Assembly (NCBI GenBank): GCA_032128115.1
Contig: JAQBHB010000051.1
Span: 1-64,000, forward strand
DNA length: 64,000 nt
DNA from: Deltaproteobacteria bacterium
GTDB taxonomy: Bacteria > Myxococcota_A > UBA9160 > SMWR01
Direction: 5' to 3'
Shown here: positions 53,139 to 62,018 of the stretch, one piece after another
Position numbering within the stretch: the first letter of the stretch is position 1
Layout: each line of letters starts with the position of its first letter
Position numbers and translations under genes: made by a program
The notes under the pieces: model-generated
Told to the model about the DNA's origin: nothing
Databases searched by the model: none
What the model saw: the letters and a program-made list of their open reading frames with translations, nothing else

Positions 53139-54377
53139 ATGGCGGCAACGAGATACGCGCAGAAGATCCTGATCGACGGGACCATGGCGGCTGGCGGCGG
53201 GGGCTTCACGTATCTGGTGAACATCCTTCCCCGCCTGGCCCGCATGTCGCCGGACACCTGCTTCCGGGTGCTGGTGCGCAGCGAACGCCTGGCCCGGGAA
53301 ATCGAGGGACCTGCGAATCTCGAGATCGAGTTGCTTCCGGCCGCGGGCCTGTTGGGCCGCCTCCGCTTCACGTACCTCGAGATCCCGCGCCGGGTCGCGA
53401 GCTGGGGCGCGGACCTCTACTTCTCCGCGGGCGAGTCGGCGCCACTGTTCGCCGCGTGCCCCACGATCGCGAGCTTCCGCAACCCCAACGTGTTCACCGA
53501 CATGGACCAGGGCTGGCCCTTCAAGCAGCGGATCCGCCTGGCGTTGCTGCGCGCCCTCACACGCCTGTCGGCCTGGGCCTGTGATCGCATCATGTTCGTG
53601 AGCCGCGACTCCGCCGAGTGGATCGGGAATTCACTGGGTCTGCCCCAGGGGCGCCGATCGGTGGTGCATCACGGCATCGACCCCTCGCGTTGGCAGCAGC
53701 ACGGCGAGAAGTCGCCGTCGACCTGGCCCTACATCCTCTCGGTGAGCTCGATCTATCGCTACAAGAACTTCGTGGCCCTGATCGAGGGTTATGCGGAACT
53801 GGCTCGGCGACGGCCCGAGGTTCCGGACCTCTTGATCATCGGCGACGACCAGGACCCGGAGTATTCGCGTCAGATGCAGGAGGCCCGCCGCGCCACCGGT
53901 GACCTGGCCGAGAGGATCCAGATCCTGGGCGAGGTGCCCTACGCCGAGATCCCCGTGTACTACGCCGGTGCCGAGTTGTTCGTGTTCCCGTCGTACCTGG
54001 AGACTTTTGGTCACCCGCTGCTCGAGGCCATGGCTGCCGACCTCCCGGTGGTGGCCGCCGACATCCCCGTGTTCCGGGAGATCGGCTCCGACGCGGCGTT
54101 CTACGCCGATCCCCACGATGCCAGTTCGCTGGCCTCGGCCATGGAGGAGGCCCTGGCCCCCCAGGCCCGGGAAATGCTCGTGAAGCGCGGGCGTCTCGTG
54201 GTCGAGCACTTCAGCTGGGATCGCAGCGCCACCTCGTTGCTGGGCCTGTTCCGCGAAGTGCTGCAGGAGCAGACTGTGAAGACCAGGCAGACTGTGACGA
54301 CCAGGGACCGGGCGCCGTCCACGCTCGAGGTTCCCGGCGCGCTGGCCGGCGGCTCCGTCACGCCCCTGGCCGCTTGA
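53139..54377 (+). CDS. GT4 glycosyltransferase
   Basis: GGGFTY, VHHGID, LSVSS...YKN, FVFPSYLETFGHPLLEAMA..LPVVAADIP.FRE, FSW. Confidence 0.9.
   Translation: MAATRYAQKILIDGTMAAGGGGFTYLVNILPRLARMSPDTCFRVLVRSERLAREIEGPANLEIELLPAAGLLGRLRFTYLEIPRRVASWGADLYFSAGESAPLFAACPTIASFRNPNVFTDMDQGWPFKQRIRLALLRALTRLSAWACDRIMFVSRDSAEWIGNSLGLPQGRRSVVHHGIDPSRWQQHGEKSPSTWPYILSVSSIYRYKNFVALIEGYAELARRRPEVPDLLIIGDDQDPEYSRQMQEARRATGDLAERIQILGEVPYAEIPVYYAGAELFVFPSYLETFGHPLLEAMAADLPVVAADIPVFREIGSDAAFYADPHDASSLASAMEEALAPQAREMLVKRGRLVVEHFSWDRSATSLLGLFREVLQEQTVKTRQTVTTRDRAPSTLEVPGALAGGSVTPLAA
54270..54305 (+). repeat. 18-bp in-frame duplication encoding QTVKTR-QTVTTR
   Basis: CAGACTGTGAAGACCAGG CAGACTGTGACGACCAGG. Confidence 0.85.
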
Positions 54378-54381
54378 CTTT

Positions 54382-54460
54382 CTGAGCTGCGCTCGCCTAC
54401 GGCTCGCTGCGCGCGGACCTACCGTGCGTCGGTCCGCTTGCGTTCCTGAGCTGCGCTCGC
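54382..54460 (+). repeat. REP-like element, copy C: GGCTCGCTGCGC + hairpin GCGGACC-N11-GGTCCGC + TTGC, flanked by direct repeat CTGAGCTGCGCTCGC
   Basis: Direct repeats at 54382-54396 and 54446-54460; overlaps the 3' end of the minus-strand glycosyltransferase. Confidence 0.8.
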
Positions 54461-55609
54461 TTTCGCTTCTAGCACGTCGCGGTAGATGCTGACCATGCGG
54501 TCGCCGTAGTCGTTCCACGTGAAGTTCTCGCTCACCCGGCGTCTCGCGGCCTCGCCCATCTGGGCGCACGTGTCGGGGTTCTCGTACAGGAAGCGGATCT
54601 TCTCTGCGAGGGCCTCCGCATCGCGGATGGGCACCACGAAGCCCTCCACGCCGTCGCCGCTCAGCAGATCGGCGCCCCCGCTGTGGGTGGTGCAGATCAG
54701 CGGCAGGCCGCAGGCCATGGCTTGGGCCTGCACCACCGCCAGGCCCTCCTCGATGGAGGGGAACACGAACACGGACCCCTTCGCGTAGTAGCGGTGCAGC
54801 TCGGACACCGGCTGATAGCCCAGCAGCCGGATCCCGTGGTCGCCGCAGTTCTTCAGCAGCGGGCCCATCTCGGGCGAGACGCTGCCCAGGTGCCAGAGTT
54901 CGGCGTCGGGCAGGGCGAGGTCGCGCCACGCCTCCAGCAGATAGGGGCCGCCCTTGCGGATGCCCAGGTTGCCGGCGTAGATCACGCGGAAGGTGTCGTC
55001 GTTCTTTGGGAGCGGCCGGAACACCTGGAGATCGACGCCCGTGTTGTTGGTCAGGATCCGGGTGGCGTCGATGCCGCGGGCGATCAGCGTGTCGCGGGCG
55101 AACGTCGAGTTGGTCTGGACGAAGTCGGCCTCTTCGTACTCGGCGAGCTGAGTGTCTACCAGGGCCGGGTGTACCTCGAAGGCGAGGCCGTGTCGGGCGT
55201 GCTCCTCCTTCAGCAACTCGATCTGCGTAAGGATGTGGGAGCTGCCGCGTACCAGCACGGAGGTGACTCCCAGGCGGTTGGCGCGGCGCAGGGCGCGCAG
55301 GGAGCTGCCGCTCCAGCCCGCGAAGAAGTCCAGGTCCTCGCGCACGTGCGCGGCGGCGAACCGGTCGTGCAGGGCGCTCACGGCGATGCGCACCCGGGGC
55401 GTGTCGAGGCGCACGCGTGCCAGGCCGGCGTTCACGGCGTGCAGGTTGTTGGAGCGGATCCTTGAACGCGGCAGATCGACGCCCACGCCGCGCTCGATCC
55501 AGCGCGTTGGATACGTGGTGACCAGCGCCGACAGCGCGTCGTGGCGGTAGAGCTGGGCGGCCAGGTGGCAGGCGTGGAAGACGCCATTGACGGAGACGCA
55601 GATCTTCAT
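54419..55609 (-). CDS. GT4 glycosyltransferase
   Basis: G.FHA..LA.QL, EY.EAD, GVD...F.P, YAG....RKG, VFVFPSIEEGLA.V..QAMACGLP.I, FTW..Y. Confidence 0.9.
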   Translation of the reverse strand: MKICVSVNGVFHACHLAAQLYRHDALSALVTTYPTRWIERGVGVDLPRSRIRSNNLHAVNAGLARVRLDTPRVRIAVSALHDRFAAAHVREDLDFFAGWSGSSLRALRRANRLGVTSVLVRGSSHILTQIELLKEEHARHGLAFEVHPALVDTQLAEYEEADFVQTNSTFARDTLIARGIDATRILTNNTGVDLQVFRPLPKNDDTFRVIYAGNLGIRKGGPYLLEAWRDLALPDAELWHLGSVSPEMGPLLKNCGDHGIRLLGYQPVSELHRYYAKGSVFVFPSIEEGLAVVQAQAMACGLPLICTTHSGGADLLSGDGVEGFVVPIRDAEALAEKIRFLYENPDTCAQMGEAARRRVSENFTWNDYGDRMVSIYRDVLEAKASAAQERKRTDAR

Positions 55610-56856
55610 CCGGCGGCCTTCCGACCGCTTCCCACCAGCCAGAGACCGCCCGCCGTGGTGGCAAAGGCGGCGGCGTAGCCGATGGAAACTGCCAGACCCA
55701 CACGGGCCGCATCGGGGCTCCCCAGTGCAGCGCCGATGCAAAGAGGTGCCAGCAGGCCCGCGTACTGGGCGACGCGTCCGATCAGCAGGATACGCATCCT
55801 GTGGGTGGCCATGCAGTACATCTTGAGGGTCTCCAAGAGACTCGCCAGCACCAGGTAGCCGCTGAGTCCGATCAGCACGGACACCACCGGGCGCCATTGC
55901 TCTCCGAAGAGCCACGGGACGAACACGTCGGCAAAGACCAGGGTGATGGCGGCGGCCAGGCCGAGCGGAAGCGCTGCCAGTAGCAGCATCCGGTTGCGGG
56001 CGCGGCGCTGGGCGCGGGGATCGCCCTCGCGGCTGAACCAGTTGAGGGACAGGCGTCCCACCACTGGATCGAGCACCTGGTGGGGGACGCCCGCCAGGCG
56101 CAGGGCCTGGAAGAAGTATCCGGCTCCCACATCGCCTGCGAACAATCCCGCCAGCAGCACCACCAGGCGTCGGAAGCTGCTGGAGAGCACCCCGTCGGCG
56201 TACAGGCCGCGCGACTGGCGCGCGATGGCCAGCCACTCCCGGGGCCGCACCCAGCGCACCGGGTACCGCGGCAGCCCGCCCAGCCAGAACAGGCCTACCA
56301 GGATCAGGACGCTCAGCACCAGCTCGCGCAGGTAGAGCGCGGTAGCGCCGTAGCCCGCGAACACCAGCGCGATCGAGAGCCCGTGGGCCAGCAGGTAGCT
56401 GCCGCCCTCGACACCGGCCAGGCCCAGGTAGCGCATGCGCCGCTCGTAGAAGGACCTGCTATTGCCCCCGAAGTGGCGCAGCAGCAGCCCGATCAGCAGC
56501 AGCGTCGTCAGCCCCGTCATGCGTCCGGTCGCCGCCAGCAGGCCTGCGCTCAGGAGCCCCACCAGCAGGGTCTCCTGCACGATCGCGCTGAAGTAGATCA
56601 CCCGGGTGTCCCGGTCCAGGCGCTCGTCTTCGCTGCGGATCACCAGGGTGTTGATGCGCAGGGAGCACACGGCAAAGAACAGGGCGATGGAAGCCATGGC
56701 CAGCGCGTAGCGGCCGAACTCTGCCGGGGCGATGAAGCGCACCAGCACCAGGTTCGCAGCAAAGGCGGTGACGGCCTGAAGTGCCGTGCTCCCCATCAGG
56801 GCGGCGGCGGCGGGGATCAGGCGGCGGCGGCCCACCGAAGGGGATTCGTCGGCCAT
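55606..56856 (-). CDS. Second Wzx-like oligosaccharide flippase
   Basis: Multi-TM; N.VL.R...P.EFG.YA, G.F..A.RL, VP.LFGEQW. Confidence 0.8.
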   Translation of the reverse strand: MADESPSVGRRRLIPAAAALMGSTALQAVTAFAANLVLVRFIAPAEFGRYALAMASIALFFAVCSLRINTLVIRSEDERLDRDTRVIYFSAIVQETLLVGLLSAGLLAATGRMTGLTTLLLIGLLLRHFGGNSRSFYERRMRYLGLAGVEGGSYLLAHGLSIALVFAGYGATALYLRELVLSVLILVGLFWLGGLPRYPVRWVRPREWLAIARQSRGLYADGVLSSSFRRLVVLLAGLFAGDVGAGYFFQALRLAGVPHQVLDPVVGRLSLNWFSREGDPRAQRRARNRMLLLAALPLGLAAAITLVFADVFVPWLFGEQWRPVVSVLIGLSGYLVLASLLETLKMYCMATHRMRILLIGRVAQYAGLLAPLCIGAALGSPDAARVGLAVSIGYAAAFATTAGGLWLVGSGRKAAG

Positions 56857-56965
56857 CTCGATCGATGCTCCGATCGACGCTCAGGCGACCGGGGCCGCGC
56901 GTTCAGCCATCCCGTGCATTCCCCGTTCCGCCCCGGATCCCCGTGGACGCTAGACTGCGGCGATC

Positions 56966-58069
56966 GTGGGGCAGCCCCGGGTTCTCGTCAACGCGTTGTC
57001 GTGGTCGTTGGGCGGCGGGAAAACCTATGTCCTGAACCTTATGCGCGAGCTGAGCCGCGACTCCCGGGGCTTCGAGTTCACGGTGCTGGTGGGGCAGGGT
57101 CAGCTTCCGCCAGGTATCGAGGGCGTCCAGATCGCCCGGGTGCGGCTTCCCAGGGTGCCCGGGTTGGGCGCACTGAGTCGGGTGCTCTACGAGGAGACGC
57201 TGCTTCCGTTTCGCGCCCGGGCCTATGACCTGCTCTATTGCGTGGCCGACCTGGCGCCTGCCTTTGGCACCACGCCCACGGTGGTGGCCATGCGCAACCT
57301 CAACATCTACGACCATCGCTTCTACGACAATCTCCGGCTGCGCACTCTCGAGCGCCTGGTGCGCCTGGGCATGCCGCGAGTGCGCCGGATCGTGTTCCCG
57401 TCCCGGGCCGCGGCCCGCCTGATCGGAGAGAAGATCCGGCTGCCCGGCGAGCGGCTGGCTGTGGTTCCCCACGGCATCTCGGCCGACTCCTTTGGCGACG
57501 CCTCGGCCTCCGAATCCGCCCCGCCGCCGTACCTCTTCCTGCCGGCGCCTCTCGAGCGACACAAGAACATGGAGATCCTGTTCGAGAGCATCCGGCACCT
57601 GCGCGATTCGGATCTCCAGGTGTGGATCGCCGGGCACGACACCACCGATCCCCCCCACGCACGGCACCTGCGCGCTCGGGTGGAGAGCCTGGGCGTGGGC
57701 GACCGGGTGCGCTTCCTGGGGCCCGTGCCGTACCGCGAGATCCTCTCGTACTACCGCGGCGCGCGGGCCCTGGTGTTCCCGTCCCTGCTGGAGACCTTCG
57801 GGCACCCGCTCCTCGAGGCCATGGTGGCTCGCACTCCGATCGTGGCATCCGACATTCCCGCCTTTCGTGAGGTGGCTGGAGAGACCGCGGTGTATTTCGA
57901 CCCCCGCGACCCGAAAGCCCTGGCGAGTGCCGTGGACTCGGTGTTTTCCGATCCCCAGGCGACCCGGCGCCGGGTGGACGAGGCGGCCGAACGCGCGCGC
58001 TACTTCTCGTGGGAACGCTCCGTGGACGGACTCTGCCGCGTCTTCGAAGAGGTGCTCGCCGAAGCGTGA
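56966..58069 (+). CDS. GT4 glycosyltransferase (paralogue of 53139-54377)
   Basis: GGGKTY..NL, VPHGI, HKN, LVFPSLLETFGHPLLEAM....PIVASDIPAFREV, FSWE. Confidence 0.9.
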   Translation: MGQPRVLVNALSWSLGGGKTYVLNLMRELSRDSRGFEFTVLVGQGQLPPGIEGVQIARVRLPRVPGLGALSRVLYEETLLPFRARAYDLLYCVADLAPAFGTTPTVVAMRNLNIYDHRFYDNLRLRTLERLVRLGMPRVRRIVFPSRAAARLIGEKIRLPGERLAVVPHGISADSFGDASASESAPPPYLFLPAPLERHKNMEILFESIRHLRDSDLQVWIAGHDTTDPPHARHLRARVESLGVGDRVRFLGPVPYREILSYYRGARALVFPSLLETFGHPLLEAMVARTPIVASDIPAFREVAGETAVYFDPRDPKALASAVDSVFSDPQATRRRVDEAAERARYFSWERSVDGLCRVFEEVLAEA

Positions 58070-58103
58070 GCGGCCCCTCGCGCGCGGCGCCGGGAACGGA
58101 AGA

Positions 58104-59120
58104 CTAGGGGAATAGCCAGGGAGCGATGCGACGCAGCACGAGGCTCGCGCCGAATCCCATGGCGACGGTCGCCGCGGCATAGAGCCACGACACAGCGGCA
58201 TGTTCCGGGCGCCCGGCCAGCGCGTAGAGCAGGGCGAGGATCGCCGGGTTCAGGACATAGATTCCGAAGGTCTCGCGCCCCAGGCGCCGCAGGGGCGCGG
58301 AAGCCTGCCGGCGTGCCAGGCCGGGAACCGCCAGGGCCAGCAGGGTGGTGCCCACCAGGATCGACATGCGTGCGTAGGGCAGGATCGGACCGTTCGAATC
58401 CAGCAGGGCGGCTCCGGACACCACGAGACCCGAGGCGAGCGCCAGGCCCAGTGGCCACGCCAGGCCCGGGGCGACGCCGCCCTCTTCGGCGCGGCGCTGC
58501 TCGGCGCCCAGGAAGCCGCCCAGGCTGAAGGGGTAGAACCACAGCCAGACGGGATTCTCCCGGGCGCGACCCAGCCACTCCAGGGCCGGCCCCGCGCCGC
58601 CGGCCGCGTGCACTTCGAGGCCGGCGATCCCCGCCACCGCGGCCAGGGCGGACACGCCAACGGCCGTCCCCGAACGCCACGCCCGTTCGGGCAGCGCGAT
58701 GCCAGCCACGAAGAACACCTGCACCAGCACCACCAGGTAGAACTGGCCCATGTACGAGCCGGTCCAGAAGTGCAGGAGAGCCGCCTTCCAGGTGAGCGCG
58801 TCGGGCACTCCGTCCCGGAGCAGCGAGACTCCCCAGTAGAAGGCCCCGTAGAACACATGCAGGGCGAGGATCTTGCGGAAGTAGCCGGCGAGCCTTGCTC
58901 GGGGGGTGTCCCTGAATCCTGCCAGGTAGCCGGTGACGATCAGGAACAGGGGGACGGCCAGGCGCGGAATTCCCTGGATGAAGTGATCCCGGTACGCCAC
59001 GGCCCCGTCCGGCGTCGCGTGGATCATCACCACCGCGATGATGGCGAGGCCCTTCAGCTCGTCCAGGCCCGGAAGCCGGGGCGAGGTCGGCGCGGCGCAC
59101 TGCGGCGCGTTGCGGTCCAT
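58104..59120 (-). CDS. Acyltransferase family 3 (membrane O-acyltransferase)
   Basis: GLD.LKGLAIIAVVMIH, AVPLF..VTGY, QFYLVV..Q, LG..TFGIY; about 10 TM helices. The ORF-track extension to 61823 is an antisense shadow. Confidence 0.85.
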   Translation of the reverse strand: MDRNAPQCAAPTSPRLPGLDELKGLAIIAVVMIHATPDGAVAYRDHFIQGIPRLAVPLFLIVTGYLAGFRDTPRARLAGYFRKILALHVFYGAFYWGVSLLRDGVPDALTWKAALLHFWTGSYMGQFYLVVLVQVFFVAGIALPERAWRSGTAVGVSALAAVAGIAGLEVHAAGGAGPALEWLGRARENPVWLWFYPFSLGGFLGAEQRRAEEGGVAPGLAWPLGLALASGLVVSGAALLDSNGPILPYARMSILVGTTLLALAVPGLARRQASAPLRRLGRETFGIYVLNPAILALLYALAGRPEHAAVSWLYAAATVAMGFGASLVLRRIAPWLFP

Positions 59121-59348
59121 CCAGAGCCTCCCCGGCGCGGGCGCAAACGCTAGGGCATCCCCCGCGGACGGGCCAAGCCGCCGGCGCGATTGCGCTATGA
59201 TCGGGCTCCTCAAAAGCGCGTAAACCCCGAGTCGACTTCCCCTCCATGGCCGATCGATGCTCTGGTGTCTTGAAGCCCGATCCGATCGCGAGACGACCGT
59301 TGCGGGTGCAATGATCTTGCGGGCGGATTCCAGCGCGGGGGCGAGCCC

Positions 59349-62018
59349 TTGAAGATCAGCTCCACGAGGTCTTCGGAGCCTTCGCCGCGTGCCACGCGGC
59401 GTCTCGGACACAAGCGTCTGTGGCTGGTCCTGGGCGCGCTGGCCCTGGCCGGCTGGTCCGCTGCCGCGTTCGCCGCGGGCGTGGGTTATTTCAAGGTGAT
59501 CGTGCCGGAACTCCAGGACTTCACTGGGGCCCTGACTCCCGGACGGGCGCTTCGATCGATTGCGCGCTCGCCCGCCAACTGGGTGCGCGCGATGACGAGC
59601 GATGCAGAGACCGCCCACCTGGACATCGATCTCAAGTTCAAGGACCTGCGGAAACTCCAGGAGAAACGCGCCGAGGCGTTTCGCATGGACGCGCTGATCG
59701 CCGAACCCGACGACTTCGTGTCCGCCGTGATGCGCCACAACGGGCGCTCGGTGAAGGTCAAGCTGCGCCTCAAGGGCGACCAGACCGACCACCTGGACAC
59801 GGACAAGTGGTCGTTCCGGGTCCACGTGAAGAGCGACGATCATGTATTCGGCATGCGCCGATTCTCGCTCCAGGCGCCCAAGACCCGGCACTTCCAGCTG
59901 GAGGCGATGTTCCACGCCTATCTGCGCAGCCAGGGCATCCTGGCGCCGCGATACTTCTTCGTGGACGTGTCGGTCAACGGCAAGGACATCGGCCTGATGG
60001 CGGTGGAGGAGCACTTCTCCAAGGAACTGCTGGAATCCCAGGGGCGGCGGGAAGGCGTGATGCTCAAATTCGACGAGTCGCGCTTCTGGGACAGCGTGGC
60101 CCAGACCGGCCAGGCCGGGCCCTACAACAATTTCAATGTTGCCATGATCCAGCCGTTCCAGTTGAGCCTGGTGCAGAGCTCGCCGCGCCTGTCCAAGGAG
60201 CTCGACTACGCGGTGGGGCTGCTTCGCGCGTTCGTGCGCGGCGAGCTGCCCGCCGACGCCGTATTCGACGTGGATCTGATGGCGCGGTTCATGGCCGCCG
60301 CCGAGGTGTGGCGGGCGCCGCACGCACTGCAGTGGATCAACGTGCGTTTCTATTACAACCCGTTGATCGCACGCCTGGAGCCCATCGGCTACGACGCCAA
60401 GCCGTCGACCTACACCTGTTGCGCGTTCGGTCTCGTGAGCCTGGAGTCGAATTTCGGGGGCCGCCTGCTCCAGGATCCGGCGATACGGGCCGCTTTCGCG
60501 CGCGAGCTTCCGCGCATGGCGCGCGACATGGTGGACGGCGCCATCGAGGGCCAGCTCGCGGATTTCGAAGAACACCTCATGAACGCGCTCCATCACGAGT
60601 TTCCCATGCTGTCGCGCTTCGACTACGACTATCTGCGCGCCCATTCGGAGCCCCTGATCGGCATGGACGACGAGAATTTCGACCACTTCAACCCGATGAT
60701 GGGGCGAGCCGACCTGGATCTGCCCACGCCGGTGCTCGCCTACATCCAGGAGGGGGACGACGGGCCCTATCTGGAACTCACCAACGCACTGCCCATCGAG
60801 GTCTCGGTCACCGAGCTCAGCCTGGGCAACGGCAATGGCGGCGGCGGATCGCATCCGCTGCGTCTGCGTCGGGCGAGTCTGCCCGTGTCGATTCCGCCCA
60901 CTGCCTACCAGGGGGCACCGGTTTACGTGCGGATCCCCTACCAGCCCGATGCGGGCGGGATGCCCGAGGAGATCCAGGGTGTCGCACGCGTGCGCGGACA
61001 GGACCGCGCCTATCCGTTCGTGGCCTCGCGCTACTCGGCCCCCGTGCACGGCAACCCGCTGCCCAGCGCGACGCTGGAAGAGGTGCTCGACCGCCACGAC
61101 TTCCTGTCGTGGAACCCTGCGGCCGGCTGGCTCGAGGCGGACGCGGGCGTTCACGCGGTCGACGGGTTCCTGGTGCTGCCGCCGGATGTGGGGCTGCACC
61201 TGGGCCCCGGAACCACACTTCGATTCGAGGCGGGCCGGGGAATCATCGCCCGCGGGCCGCTTCGCTTCGAGGGTCGGGAGGGAGCGCCCGTGGTGCTGGA
61301 GGGACGTGGGAAGACGCCCTGGGCCGGAGTCTTCGTGCTGGAGTCGGAATCCCCCTCCGAGTGGGCACACGTGGAGATCCGGGATCCGGGCGGCTTCGAC
61401 CTGCCGGGCTTTACGCTCACCGGCTCCGTGACGTTCCGCAAGAACGAGGTCTCGATTCGCGACAGCCACCTGACGGGCAACCGCGCCGAGGATGCCCTCA
61501 ACATCGTCCGAAGCAAGTTCTCCCTGCGCAACGTGGCGATCTCTCGGACGTCGTCGGACGCATTCGACGGCGATTTCGTCCAGGGCATGATCGAGGGCGG
61601 GGAGATCCATCACATCGGGGGCGACGGGATCGACGTGAGCGGTTCGGAGGTGGAGGTCTCCGGCGTGTTGCTCGCGGACATTCGCGACAAGGCAGTTTCC
61701 ATCGGCGAGAAGAGCCGTCTCGAGGCCCGGGGACTCCGCATCGAGCGGGTCGGAACGGGCGTGGTCAGCAAGGACGGCTCCCACGGCATCGTATCGGATT
61801 CGACCTTCACGGACGTCGCCCACGCGGCGGTCATGGCCTATACGAAGAAACCCGAGTACGGGCCGGCGTCGCTGGTCGCCGAAGGCCTCGTTGTGGACGG
61901 TGTCGGTCGCGTGGCCGTGGCCCAGTCGGGAAGCCGCGTGGTGGTGGACGGCAGCGAGATCGACACCGAAGCCATCGACATCGACGCGCTCTACAGCGAC
62001 GGCTACATGCGCAAGTGA
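59349..62018 (+). CDS. CotH-kinase family protein fused to a C-terminal right-handed beta-helix domain
   Basis: N-terminal TM anchor; VKLRLKGD..DH...KWSFRV, FGMRRFSLQ, APRY.FV.V.VNG...G.M..EE, H.L.W.N.RFYYNP....LEPI.YD; C-terminal repeats EDALN, SDAFDGDF, GDGIDVSGS, DKAVSIGE. Confidence 0.78.
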   Translation: MKISSTRSSEPSPRATRRLGHKRLWLVLGALALAGWSAAAFAAGVGYFKVIVPELQDFTGALTPGRALRSIARSPANWVRAMTSDAETAHLDIDLKFKDLRKLQEKRAEAFRMDALIAEPDDFVSAVMRHNGRSVKVKLRLKGDQTDHLDTDKWSFRVHVKSDDHVFGMRRFSLQAPKTRHFQLEAMFHAYLRSQGILAPRYFFVDVSVNGKDIGLMAVEEHFSKELLESQGRREGVMLKFDESRFWDSVAQTGQAGPYNNFNVAMIQPFQLSLVQSSPRLSKELDYAVGLLRAFVRGELPADAVFDVDLMARFMAAAEVWRAPHALQWINVRFYYNPLIARLEPIGYDAKPSTYTCCAFGLVSLESNFGGRLLQDPAIRAAFARELPRMARDMVDGAIEGQLADFEEHLMNALHHEFPMLSRFDYDYLRAHSEPLIGMDDENFDHFNPMMGRADLDLPTPVLAYIQEGDDGPYLELTNALPIEVSVTELSLGNGNGGGGSHPLRLRRASLPVSIPPTAYQGAPVYVRIPYQPDAGGMPEEIQGVARVRGQDRAYPFVASRYSAPVHGNPLPSATLEEVLDRHDFLSWNPAAGWLEADAGVHAVDGFLVLPPDVGLHLGPGTTLRFEAGRGIIARGPLRFEGREGAPVVLEGRGKTPWAGVFVLESESPSEWAHVEIRDPGGFDLPGFTLTGSVTFRKNEVSIRDSHLTGNRAEDALNIVRSKFSLRNVAISRTSSDAFDGDFVQGMIEGGEIHHIGGDGIDVSGSEVEVSGVLLADIRDKAVSIGEKSRLEARGLRIERVGTGVVSKDGSHGIVSDSTFTDVAHAAVMAYTKKPEYGPASLVAEGLVVDGVGRVAVAQSGSRVVVDGSEIDTEAIDIDALYSDGYMRK

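Noticed and set aside
58104..61823. 1239-aa minus-strand ORF suggesting a giant acyltransferase fusion
   Set aside because: Only the last ~338 aa (from ATG 59120) are acyltransferase-like; the rest is the antisense of the CotH gene.
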